This document shows, one piece after another, positions 31,038 to 39,446 of a stretch of DNA of 64,000 bases. The notes under the pieces were generated by a model. That model was not told where the DNA came from. It made no database searches and worked only from the letters and a program-made list of their open reading frames with translations. This DNA comes from Pelagibacteraceae bacterium AG-313-A04 (GTDB lineage Bacteria > Pseudomonadota > Alphaproteobacteria > Pelagibacterales > Pelagibacteraceae), in contig QBVU01000005.1 of NCBI GenBank assembly GCA_003284275.1, positions 955 through 64,954 of the forward strand, in the 5' to 3' direction. The translations under genes were made by a program, and so were the position numbers. Every line of letters begins with the position of its first letter. Position 1 is the stretch's first letter.

Positions 31038-31901
31038 TTAACCCTCTTTAAAGTTTTTATAACGGTTATAAGTGCACCAAGTTCTTTTCTTAGATACTTT
31101 TTGTAATTTTTTATGAGAATATCTATCTCTCCATTTATAATCAGTGTTAGGCGCAATACCTCTTCCAATTTCTGCGGCCATAGCACATTTTAATTCGACA
31201 GGATTGAAAGGTGTATCTGAAGTTGGTGTTAAAAAAACCAAGTCTTTCATATCTGGGCAGGCAGGATCTCCGTGATCATATATACTACCCAATTTGTATT
31301 TATCACCACTCTCAGGTCCTCCAACGATTGTATTTCTAATATGACTACCTCCGTAATTTCCTTTGTTACACGTCCATGCAAAACCAGCTACGTGAGCTAA
31401 TTCATGCAGTGTCATAATACTTCTTTTTGCTTTTACACCAATATGTTTACTTTTTAAAAATATGTATCCATGATGAACGGATCCTTGACCACCATCTCGA
31501 TGACCAACATCAGCCCATGTAAAATAAAGTTTATTTGGATCATTAAATCCGTTTTTAGTAAGAAAAGCATCTGGATAATTCATTCCATAATTACCTTTGT
31601 ATTTTTTATCAAAACGAACAAAAGAGATATCTAGTTTTCCATCTTTTCTCATATCATATCTAAATTTTTGTTTTCCCTTTGTCATTTCAAAAAATTTTTC
31701 ATTAATTTCCATAAGCTCAGCTTCCATTTTACCATTAATATCCCACTCCCTGTCTTTACTATCTTTATTTAACAAGTATATGAAATGAACTTGAGGATCT
31801 TTTGTTACATCTGGCTGATCTTTAAAAAATCTGCCTGGTTTTTCATCAGCAAACGCATTTGAAACTATCAGCAAAGCTAAAAATAAAATAATTTTTCTCA
31901 T
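31038..31901 (-). CDS. Secreted hypothetical protein with HEXXH zinc-metallopeptidase-like motif
   Basis: Signal peptide MRKIILFLALLIVSNAFA; TLHELAHVAG motif; 287 aa. Confidence 0.7.
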   Translation of the reverse strand: MRKIILFLALLIVSNAFADEKPGRFFKDQPDVTKDPQVHFIYLLNKDSKDREWDINGKMEAELMEINEKFFEMTKGKQKFRYDMRKDGKLDISFVRFDKKYKGNYGMNYPDAFLTKNGFNDPNKLYFTWADVGHRDGGQGSVHHGYIFLKSKHIGVKAKRSIMTLHELAHVAGFAWTCNKGNYGGSHIRNTIVGGPESGDKYKLGSIYDHGDPACPDMKDLVFLTPTSDTPFNPVELKCAMAAEIGRGIAPNTDYKWRDRYSHKKLQKVSKKRTWCTYNRYKNFKEG

Positions 31902-32791
31902 TTTAAATACTCTCTTTTCTTTGAAAGTTTGAATCTTCTGTAAACTAGTATGAAAACTAGCAGCATAAATACTGCTCCAATTCTAAATTCTGTTCCTAAA
32001 ATATAATCTGCAAATTCTTCAAAAAGTCCTAATCCCATTCCAGATAATGCTACTGCTGGTAAATTTCCAAGACCTGCAACAATAACTATCATGAAAGATC
32101 TTACAGTATAAGGAAGCCCTACATAAGGATGAAGTGTAAGAGTGATAGAAATTAAGGCTCCCGCTACTCCACATAATGCAGCGTTTATGCCGAAAGTTGC
32201 AGCATAAACTTTTTCAGTATCTACGCCTAAAATTTTTGCTGCTCTTGCATTTTGCGCTGTAGCTCTTATAGCTCGTCCAAGTCTAGATCTTCTCATATAT
32301 ATAACTAAACCAATTGCATATATAACACTTATAAAAGCTGCAAATATTTTTGAATTTGGCAGAGTAACTGAATTATCAAATAACATTGTTGTTCCGTACT
32401 CCGACTGAGCCACAACTACATCAGCTCCAAAAACAAAATTCATTAATTGTTGAAATACAATTGCAATTCCGAAAGTTGCTAAAATTGAAATAAATAAATC
32501 TCGGTCTACGACTTTATTGATAACAAGTTTATATAAAGCCCAACCTACAAAATACATTATAATTGGAGAAACTATAACTCCCCAAGCTGGATGAATTCCA
32601 GCAAGATACATGGTGTAAGCAATATAGCCACCAAGAATTACTAAATCACCTTGTGCAATATTAATGATGTTCATCACTCCCCACTGAAGAGCCATGCCGT
32701 AAGCTATTAAAGCAAATAAAATTCCAAGAAGAATTCCGTCCAAAGACGCTTGGACCATCAAGATCGGAGCTTGGAAAATTAATAAATCCAT
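31898..32791 (-). CDS. livH: LIV-type ABC transporter permease (second system)
   Basis: GVMNIINIAQG, GRAIRA, GLGN; about 8 TM. Confidence 0.88.
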   Translation of the reverse strand: MDLLIFQAPILMVQASLDGILLGILFALIAYGMALQWGVMNIINIAQGDLVILGGYIAYTMYLAGIHPAWGVIVSPIIMYFVGWALYKLVINKVVDRDLFISILATFGIAIVFQQLMNFVFGADVVVAQSEYGTTMLFDNSVTLPNSKIFAAFISVIYAIGLVIYMRRSRLGRAIRATAQNARAAKILGVDTEKVYAATFGINAALCGVAGALISITLTLHPYVGLPYTVRSFMIVIVAGLGNLPAVALSGMGLGLFEEFADYILGTEFRIGAVFMLLVFILVYRRFKLSKKREYLK

Positions 32792-32808
32792 AAAAGAGAA
32801 TTTCTTAT

Positions 32809-32838
32809 AAAAGAAAAGCCCCCGGAAAACCAGGGGCT
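32809..32838 (-). terminator. Intra-operonic terminator/stabilising hairpin after livJ2
   Basis: Minus strand AGCCCCTGG-tttt-CCGGGGGCT followed by TTTCTTTT. Confidence 0.75.
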
Positions 32839-32859
32839 AATCAAATTATTCAGAAGTTA

Positions 32860-34101
32860 TTAACTTCTTTCTGACCACTTAGGTATTGGATGGTAGAACT
32901 TGTCTGAAGCCCATTTTGTTGGAGCTACAACTTTGTTCTCACAATTATCACCTTTACATCTTACTTGGAATAAGATCATTGGCTTAGCAACGTTTTGACC
33001 GCCAGGACCAAATTTAATGTTTCCATAGAAAGTTTGCATGTCAGTGTCTTTAAGAGCATCTCTTACAGCATCTCTATCAAAAGAATTCGCTCTTTCGAAC
33101 GCATCTTTAAATACTAAAAGTGCTGCTGATGATTCAGCTGATTGGTAAGGCGGTGCATAACCAAATTCTTTTTTAAAGTCTTTGTCATACTTTTTTCCAC
33201 CACCAAAAAACTTATCTTTATAGCTTAAGTTTTTATGCCACTGAGAAGCACATAATGCGTATTCTGAATTCTTTCCATGTTGTTTAGAAAGTTTTGCAGC
33301 ATCACAATGTGTCATCGCTAACATTGGTACATCAACTTTCATTTCAGATATTTGTCTGATTGCAGTTAATGCCCCTTTTGTGTGACCTGATACAACAAGT
33401 ACATCTGGCTTAGTTGCTTTAACTTTTGCCAATGTTGCTGCCATATCATTTAATTCTTTAGGTAGTTTGTCATCGATAATGATTTCAGATCCAGTTCTTT
33501 TTGCTGCATCTAAAATTCCAAGTCTCACGTCTTGTGAGAATGCATCTTGCTCAAATGCTTGCGCAATTCGTACTGGCTTTCCACCATTTTTTTCTACCGC
33601 TAGATCGATAGCTACTTCAAGGTATTGGTTAGCTGGTGATAACACCGCAAACAAATATTTGTATCCTTTTGTAAATAAAGATCTTGATGCACCGTTTGCT
33701 TCAACCATAGGAATTTTATATTTCTCGGTTACTGGTGCAATGGCTTTCGTTAAACCTGAACTGTATGGTCCAAGCATGTAATGAACGCCATCTTGCTTTA
33801 TTAGTCTTTCAGCTAACTGAGCGGCTCTCTTTGGGTTTGACTCATCATCGTAATAGATAATTTCAAACTTATATTTCTTACCTTGTACTTCTACTCCACC
33901 CATTTTGTTAATTCTCTCAACGGCCATGTTGTAACCGTTTTGAGTATGAACACCATTAGATGAGTATTTTCCTGTAAGAGATATTGCAGAACCTAACACA
34001 ATGTATTCACCATCTACTTTTGCAAAAGAAGACGTATAAGAAACAAGTGCTAATGTTATAGCTGAAATTGATGTAATAAATAGTTTTACTAATTTATTCA
34101 T
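32860..34101 (-). CDS. LivJ-family ABC substrate-binding protein (second system; ligand uncertain)
   Basis: Signal peptide, SLTGKY, YDDES, LGPYSS, TFYGNIKF. Confidence 0.88.
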   Translation of the reverse strand: MNKLVKLFITSISAITLALVSYTSSFAKVDGEYIVLGSAISLTGKYSSNGVHTQNGYNMAVERINKMGGVEVQGKKYKFEIIYYDDESNPKRAAQLAERLIKQDGVHYMLGPYSSGLTKAIAPVTEKYKIPMVEANGASRSLFTKGYKYLFAVLSPANQYLEVAIDLAVEKNGGKPVRIAQAFEQDAFSQDVRLGILDAAKRTGSEIIIDDKLPKELNDMAATLAKVKATKPDVLVVSGHTKGALTAIRQISEMKVDVPMLAMTHCDAAKLSKQHGKNSEYALCASQWHKNLSYKDKFFGGGKKYDKDFKKEFGYAPPYQSAESSAALLVFKDAFERANSFDRDAVRDALKDTDMQTFYGNIKFGPGGQNVAKPMILFQVRCKGDNCENKVVAPTKWASDKFYHPIPKWSERS

Positions 34102-34165
34102 TATTTCCCCTTTGTTAATTAATTAATTAATGAATAATTAAAACAAGAAAACGAGATAATAACAA
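34102..34165 (-). promoter_or_regulatory. Putative sigma70 promoter plus conserved SBP leader of livJ2
   Basis: TTGTTA(34165-34160)-17nt-TTTAAT(34142-34137); TTAATTAATTAAC at 34126-34114; SD AAAGGGGAAA. Confidence 0.55.
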
Positions 34166-34177
34166 CATCTAGATTTA

Positions 34178-34792
34178 TTAAAAATTCTGTGTCGCAGCCA
34201 CATAAATAGCGATTATTAGCAGTACACACGCAGAAATTGTATTAAGAATTTTTGGTTTACTTCTCAACCATACTGAAATTTTTTCTGCAGCTAATCCATA
34301 AATCATTAAAGTTGTAAAATCTAAAATTACGTAAGTGACCATTAGAATTAAAAACTGAGAAATAACATGACTATCGTAATTAATAAACGATGAAAAAATT
34401 GTTCCAAAAAATATAATTGCTTTTGGACTTAAACCTGCAACCATAAAACCATCCTTGTAAAATGAAAAAGTAGATTTTGAACTTTGCTGTTTTGAATTTA
34501 CTGAACTTATTTTTGCAGTGTAAGTATCGTAAGCTAAGTAAACAATATAGAGTATACCTGCCCATTTTAGATAATTGAGTACTTTCGGATTATCACTTAG
34601 AAAAGATCCAACAATAAAAACAACTAAAATTCCTTGAATAATATTTGCTGATATATCTCCAAATGCAGTCCATACCGATCTCTTTAATCCATAATTGAGA
34701 GTGTGCGAAACTATTACAACTCTTGGAAGTCCAGGGGTTATAAATAAAAAAAGAATAATTTGTAAAAAGATTAAAAAGTCACTTGGAAACAT
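34178..34792 (-). CDS. LysE/RhtB family translocator
   Basis: ITPG, LKWAGILYIVYL, SPKAIIFF. Confidence 0.85.
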   Translation of the reverse strand: MFPSDFLIFLQIILFLFITPGLPRVVIVSHTLNYGLKRSVWTAFGDISANIIQGILVVFIVGSFLSDNPKVLNYLKWAGILYIVYLAYDTYTAKISSVNSKQQSSKSTFSFYKDGFMVAGLSPKAIIFFGTIFSSFINYDSHVISQFLILMVTYVILDFTTLMIYGLAAEKISVWLRSKPKILNTISACVLLIIAIYVAATQNF

Positions 34793-34817
34793 GTTACTAA
34801 AGATTATATAGAATTGT

Positions 34818-35114
34818 ATGAAGAAAAAAAGTTCTTTCCCTCAAACTAAAGTAAAAAATCCTGAACCAAAAAAAAAAGACGAGAATTGGATTATCTGGGC
34901 TGCTTGGGCCGACCGAATAACATTTGAAGAAATAAAAGATAAGACAGGAAAAACTGAGTCGGATGTAATTAAGATCATGAGAAAGAACTTAAGACCTGGA
35001 TCTTTTAAACTTTGGAGAAAAAGAGTGCATAATACAAGTATTAAACACCGTAAAAAATTTAAACTTGAAAGAAAAAAATTAAGAGAAAAAGTAAAAATAA
35101 CTGATATATATTAA
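34818..35114 (+). CDS. TIGR03643-like conserved protein
   Basis: IWAAWADRITFEEI...E.DVIKIMR..L...SFKLWRKRV. Confidence 0.8.
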   Translation: MKKKSSFPQTKVKNPEPKKKDENWIIWAAWADRITFEEIKDKTGKTESDVIKIMRKNLRPGSFKLWRKRVHNTSIKHRKKFKLERKKLREKVKITDIY

Positions 35115-35116
35115 TC

Positions 35117-35371
35117 ATGAAAAAAGTAACCATGTATTCAGGTGATCCTTGTCCTTATTGCGGTGCTGCCAAAGCGCTTCTTAAAAGCAAGAATATAGAG
35201 TTTGAAGAGATTGATATTTGGAAGGATCCAGCAAAAGCAAAAGAAATGCTTCAGAGAACTAACGGTAAAAGAACGATTCCTCAAATGTTTATAGGAGATC
35301 ATTACATTGGTGGGAATGATGATTTACAAGCTTTAAATAGAAGTGGAGAATTAGATAAACTTTTAGCTTAA
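35117..35371 (+). CDS. grxC: Glutaredoxin 3
   Basis: CPYC active site, TIPQMFI, IGG.DDL. Confidence 0.93.
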   Translation: MKKVTMYSGDPCPYCGAAKALLKSKNIEFEEIDIWKDPAKAKEMLQRTNGKRTIPQMFIGDHYIGGNDDLQALNRSGELDKLLA

Positions 35372-36265
35372 GTCTTTTATAAAAGGCATTGCATCACTAG
35401 CACCTTGCTTAGTTGTTGATGCTCCAGCAACTTTGTTTGCAAATTCCAAACAATCTTTTATAGGTTTGTTTTGAGATAAACCAAAAGCTAAACCACCATT
35501 AAAAGCATCTCCTGCTCCAGTTGTGTCGACTGCTTTTGCAGAACTAGCCTTTAAATAAATTTCCTCTTTTCCATCTGAGTAAAATAATCCTTTTTCTCCA
35601 AGGGTGATTATTACTTTTTTTATTCCTAATTTAATAAATTTATCTGAAGCATGTTTTGCTTCTTTTTCATTTGTAATTTTTATACCTGTATAAAACTCTG
35701 CTTCAGTTTCATTAGGAGTAAAATAATCAATATTTTTATAAAATTCTTCTGTAATTTCTGATGCAGGCGCAGGATTTAATATTGTTAAACATCCATTTTC
35801 CTTAGCAATTTTAAGACAGTGTAAGGTAACATCTTTAGGGACTTCAAGTTGAGTTAAAAAGATCTTTGAATTCTTTATAATATCAATGTGTTTATCTATT
35901 TCAGCAACTTTTAAAGTCGAAGGCGCTCCAACGATAACATTGATTGCATTTTTTCCAGAATTCTTATCAACTAAAATTCCAGCCACGCCAGTTTGTAAAT
36001 TTTTATCTTGAATAACACTTTCAGTATTAATTTTGTTTTTTGTTAGCGTGTTTAAAGCTAATTCACCATAAGAGTCTTTTCCAATCTTGCTTATAAAATT
36101 TACTTTTGCACCTAATCTTGCAATGGCTACTGCTTGATTACATCCTTTTCCACCGGGTCCAACATTGTATTTATTTCCTAATATAGTTTCTCCAATAGCA
36201 GGAATTTTAGGTCCTGAAAAACTAATGTCAGCTACAAATATACCTAAGACAGAAATATCGCTCAT
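35363..36265 (-). CDS. rbsK: Ribokinase
   Basis: GGKGCNQA, LNPAPA, PNETE, DTTGAGDAFNG. Confidence 0.9.
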   Translation of the reverse strand: MSDISVLGIFVADISFSGPKIPAIGETILGNKYNVGPGGKGCNQAVAIARLGAKVNFISKIGKDSYGELALNTLTKNKINTESVIQDKNLQTGVAGILVDKNSGKNAINVIVGAPSTLKVAEIDKHIDIIKNSKIFLTQLEVPKDVTLHCLKIAKENGCLTILNPAPASEITEEFYKNIDYFTPNETEAEFYTGIKITNEKEAKHASDKFIKLGIKKVIITLGEKGLFYSDGKEEIYLKASSAKAVDTTGAGDAFNGGLAFGLSQNKPIKDCLEFANKVAGASTTKQGASDAMPFIKDLS

Positions 36266-36978
36266 TAACCAAGCGTAGTTAGGAAAGGAAAGATTGTCAA
36301 AATATAATAACTTATAACTTGGATTTGATTAGTAGCAATCAAAACGCCCGTAAGTAATAAAATTACTCCACCTGTTTTAGTAACTCTTCCGTAATATTTA
36401 CTAAAACCTTTTCTAGTTGTTAAAAATTTACTCATAAAATAACCAGATAAAATAAATGGAATTGCCAAACCTAAAGAGTAAAATGAAAGCAACAATACCC
36501 CAGAACTAACTGAAGCCTCTGTAGCAGATAAAGCTAGTATAGATCCTAGCACAGGCCCGATACATGGTGTCCATCCAAAAGCAAAAGCTGCACCAACTAA
36601 TAATGGAAAAGCATAGTTATTTTTATAGCCTCGGGTTTCCATTCTTTTTTCTTGATTTAAGAAACTAAAATTAAAAATACCCAACATTTGAAATGAAAAG
36701 AGAATGATTAAAATTCCTGCCGCAATTCTTAATTCATTAGATAAAAATAATAATATATTTCCTACAGCCGAAGCTGTTGCTCCTAGAACAATAAATACAA
36801 GCGAAAATCCTACGGAAAACAAAATAGTTTTAATGAGAACGCTTCGTCTATCTTGTTCAATTTCATCTAGATTTTTTCCAGTAATGTAAGAAATATAACC
36901 TGGAATAATAGGTAATACACATGGAGTTAAAAAACTTATAAATCCAGCTCCAAATGCAAAAAATAACTTAACGAACAT
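36265..36978 (-). CDS. ccdA: Cytochrome c biogenesis protein CcdA
   Basis: SFLTPCVLP and GWTPCIGP motifs. Confidence 0.92.
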   Translation of the reverse strand: MFVKLFFAFGAGFISFLTPCVLPIIPGYISYITGKNLDEIEQDRRSVLIKTILFSVGFSLVFIVLGATASAVGNILLFLSNELRIAAGILIILFSFQMLGIFNFSFLNQEKRMETRGYKNNYAFPLLVGAAFAFGWTPCIGPVLGSILALSATEASVSSGVLLLSFYSLGLAIPFILSGYFMSKFLTTRKGFSKYYGRVTKTGGVILLLTGVLIATNQIQVISYYILTIFPFLTTLG

Positions 36979-37028
36979 ACAAACTTTATATTTGCCTTTA
37001 ATCTTGACTGCAATTACATTATTAGCTC
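36979..37028. promoter_or_regulatory. Overlapping divergent leaderless-type promoters
   Basis: Minus: TTGCAG-17-TATAAA-6nt-ATG (ccdA). Plus: TTGCCT-17-TACATT-8nt-ATG (37029). Confidence 0.5.
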
Positions 37029-37373
37029 ATGATAATAAAATACCTCAGTTTTCTATTTACTCTTCTTTGGTCTTATACTTTTATCAAAACACAAAGTTTT
37101 TTTAAAAAAGGATCGGGACTTTTAATTAAATTATTTGTTTCAAACATTTCTTGGCTAACCTTTATAGCTGCTTGTTTTTACGGTTTTAAAAATTTCGAAT
37201 TTTACTACGTTTTAATAGGAATAGTTTTTATTATTGCACTTGTTCAACTAAGTTTTGGTCGAATTAGCTTATTCATCAATTTAAAGTTCGAAAACAAAGA
37301 AAACTTAATTAGAATTAAAACCGTTATTGAATATTTAATAATTATTGCAATTCTTTATTATATTTTCGTTTAA
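37029..37373 (+). CDS. Hypothetical membrane protein
   Basis: 114 aa hydrophobic ORF filling the gap between ccdA and the phosphatase. Confidence 0.6.
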   Translation: MIIKYLSFLFTLLWSYTFIKTQSFFKKGSGLLIKLFVSNISWLTFIAACFYGFKNFEFYYVLIGIVFIIALVQLSFGRISLFINLKFENKENLIRIKTVIEYLIIIAILYYIFV

Positions 37374-37930
37374 TCAGTTTGAATTGTTGCTAAAACTTTA
37401 AAATTTTTATCTGTAATAACCATTTCCCCTGAGCTTGGAACTGCAGTAGTAACAGCAGTGATAATGCTGTAATGGGTAATCAATACTAAATTTTTACCTT
37501 TACCATTCCATTTCTTCACATAATTATAAAGCTCCTTTAATTGCTTTCCCTCATTCTTATTATATGGAGACTGAAAAGTAGAGTTTAACGCAGTAAATTC
37601 TTTGTAATCATCAAAAGCATATTTGGCGGTATCTTTGCATCTACACCATTGACTGCTTAAAACTTGATCTGTGGGAACTTTATTCTTTTTAAATAATTTT
37701 CCAATTTTTTTGGATTGATTGATACCTTTTTTACTAAGATTTCTTTGAGTTTTACAATCATCAATTTTAAAGCCTACTGGATCTCCCCCGCCTGGAGCTA
37801 AAGAGTGTCTAATTAAAATAATTTTGTTTCCTTCCTGAGCTATATTCCAAGCTTGGTCTGATGCGTTTAACTGTGATGTAAAAAGAAGAAAAAAAAAACT
37901 TAGTATTAGGGAAATAATATTACTCTTCAT
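37370..37930 (-). CDS. Histidine phosphatase family protein (secreted)
   Basis: Signal peptide, LIRHS, RNLS..G, SSQWCRCKDT, LITH. Confidence 0.85.
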   Translation of the reverse strand: MKSNIISLILSFFFLLFTSQLNASDQAWNIAQEGNKIILIRHSLAPGGGDPVGFKIDDCKTQRNLSKKGINQSKKIGKLFKKNKVPTDQVLSSQWCRCKDTAKYAFDDYKEFTALNSTFQSPYNKNEGKQLKELYNYVKKWNGKGKNLVLITHYSIITAVTTAVPSSGEMVITDKNFKVLATIQTD

Positions 37931-38049
37931 GGTGGATGAAATGTTAATCTAACGAATTTATGTAGCCTTGGTCTAGAGGACATGGCAACGCATAATTTAA
38001 TTTGTTGCTAGGTTGTATTAAAACACTTAATTGGTTTGTTAATAACTAT

Positions 38050-38427
38050 TTAACTCTTAGGTTTAAAAACTAAGCACACGCCATTGTTGCAATAGCGTTT
38101 TCCAGTGGGTTTTGGGCCATCTTCAAACATGTGGCCGTGATGACCGCCACATTTTTTACAATGATATTCTGTTCTTGGGTAACCTATGTGCATGTCTGTT
38201 TTTTCCTCAAAAACATCAGGTAAAGATTTGAAAAAAGAGGGCCAACCAGATCCGCTTTCATATTTTGTGCTTGAGTCAAAAAGTTTTGTTCCACATCCTA
38301 CGCAATGATAGGATCCTTCTCTTTTTTCGTTATTTAAAGGACTGCTACCAGGAGACTCTGTTCCCTCTTGTCTTAAAACATAATTTTGTTCCGGCGTTAA
38401 ATTTGGATCCCAATCTTTATTACTCAT
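38050..38427 (-). CDS. msrB: Peptide methionine sulfoxide reductase B
   Basis: CVGC/CKKC zinc pairs, SGWPSF, GHHGHMF.DGP, RYCNNG. Confidence 0.95.
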   Translation of the reverse strand: MSNKDWDPNLTPEQNYVLRQEGTESPGSSPLNNEKREGSYHCVGCGTKLFDSSTKYESGSGWPSFFKSLPDVFEEKTDMHIGYPRTEYHCKKCGGHHGHMFEDGPKPTGKRYCNNGVCLVFKPKS

Positions 38428-38995
38428 CTTTAACTTTATCGTCTACGCCGTAGGGTTTAAAGTTTCCTTTATTTTCTAATTTAACCGCTTTTGCAGGTAT
38501 ACCAACCATTGTTGCGTTTTCAGGAACATTTTTTACAACAACTGCGTTAGCTGCAATCCTTGCACATTTTCCTATAATAACAGGGCCGATAATTTGTGCG
38601 CCTGAACCTATAACAACGTCATCTCTAATTGTTGGATGTCTTTTTTCATGGCGCTGTCTTTCGCTATCAATACTTGGTGAGCTTCCGCCTAAAGTTACTG
38701 CATGATAAATAGTGACATTGTCACCAATCTCAGCTGTCTCACCAATTACTACACCCATCCCATGATCAATAAATAAATTCTTACCAATTTTAGCACCTGG
38801 ATGAATTTCTATTCCCGTAAAAAATCTAGATGTTTGAGAAATAATTCTAGCAATAAGATGAAAGCCTGCGATTTGAAAAAAATTTGCAATTCTATGGAGT
38901 AAAACTGCTTTAACTCCGGGATACGTGAGAATGATACTTAGTATCGATTTCGCCGCAGGGTCTCTTTTTTGAATAGATTCTAAGTATTCGTTCAT
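38420..38995 (-). CDS. cysE: Serine O-acetyltransferase
   Basis: [32 protein letters not shown]. Confidence 0.93.
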   Translation of the reverse strand: MNEYLESIQKRDPAAKSILSIILTYPGVKAVLLHRIANFFQIAGFHLIARIISQTSRFFTGIEIHPGAKIGKNLFIDHGMGVVIGETAEIGDNVTIYHAVTLGGSSPSIDSERQRHEKRHPTIRDDVVIGSGAQIIGPVIIGKCARIAANAVVVKNVPENATMVGIPAKAVKLENKGNFKPYGVDDKVKDE

Positions 38996-39050
38996 AGTTC
39001 ATATATAATGTCTACTTGTAAAAATTAAAGGAGAATATATATAAAGTTTC

Positions 39051-39446
39051 ATGAGTAGTTCATTTCATTTAGCCATCCCAGCAGGGGATCTTGAAAAAGC
39101 AGAAGCTTTTTACACAAAAATATTAGGATGCAAAACAGGTAACCGAGAAAAGGGTAAATGGGTAGATGTTGATTTTTGGGGTAATGAACTCACTTTACAT
39201 CAAACATCTATGAAACTTCCTAGAGAAAGACATGATGTAGATATGGGAGATGTTCCTGTTCCTCATTTCGGAGTTCATTTAAAAAAAGAAGTATATGATA
39301 AAATTAAAGATAATATTGAGCTTAACAAAATTAAATTTATAGATAAGCCATACACAAGATTTAAAGGAACAGAATTTGAGCAAAATACATTTTTTGTTGA
39401 AGATCCTAATGGAAACGTATTAGAGTTAAAAACGTTTGAGCAATAA
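39051..39446 (+). CDS. VOC/glyoxalase family protein
   Basis: FHLAIP..DL, FY..ILGC, VPVPHFG, DPNGNVLELK. Confidence 0.88.
   Translation: MSSSFHLAIPAGDLEKAEAFYTKILGCKTGNREKGKWVDVDFWGNELTLHQTSMKLPRERHDVDMGDVPVPHFGVHLKKEVYDKIKDNIELNKIKFIDKPYTRFKGTEFEQNTFFVEDPNGNVLELKTFEQ

Noticed and set aside
37960-38018. tRNA-like start (GTAGCC..TGGTCTA)
   Set aside because: No T-arm GTTC motif or acceptor stem; kept only as an unknown-structure candidate
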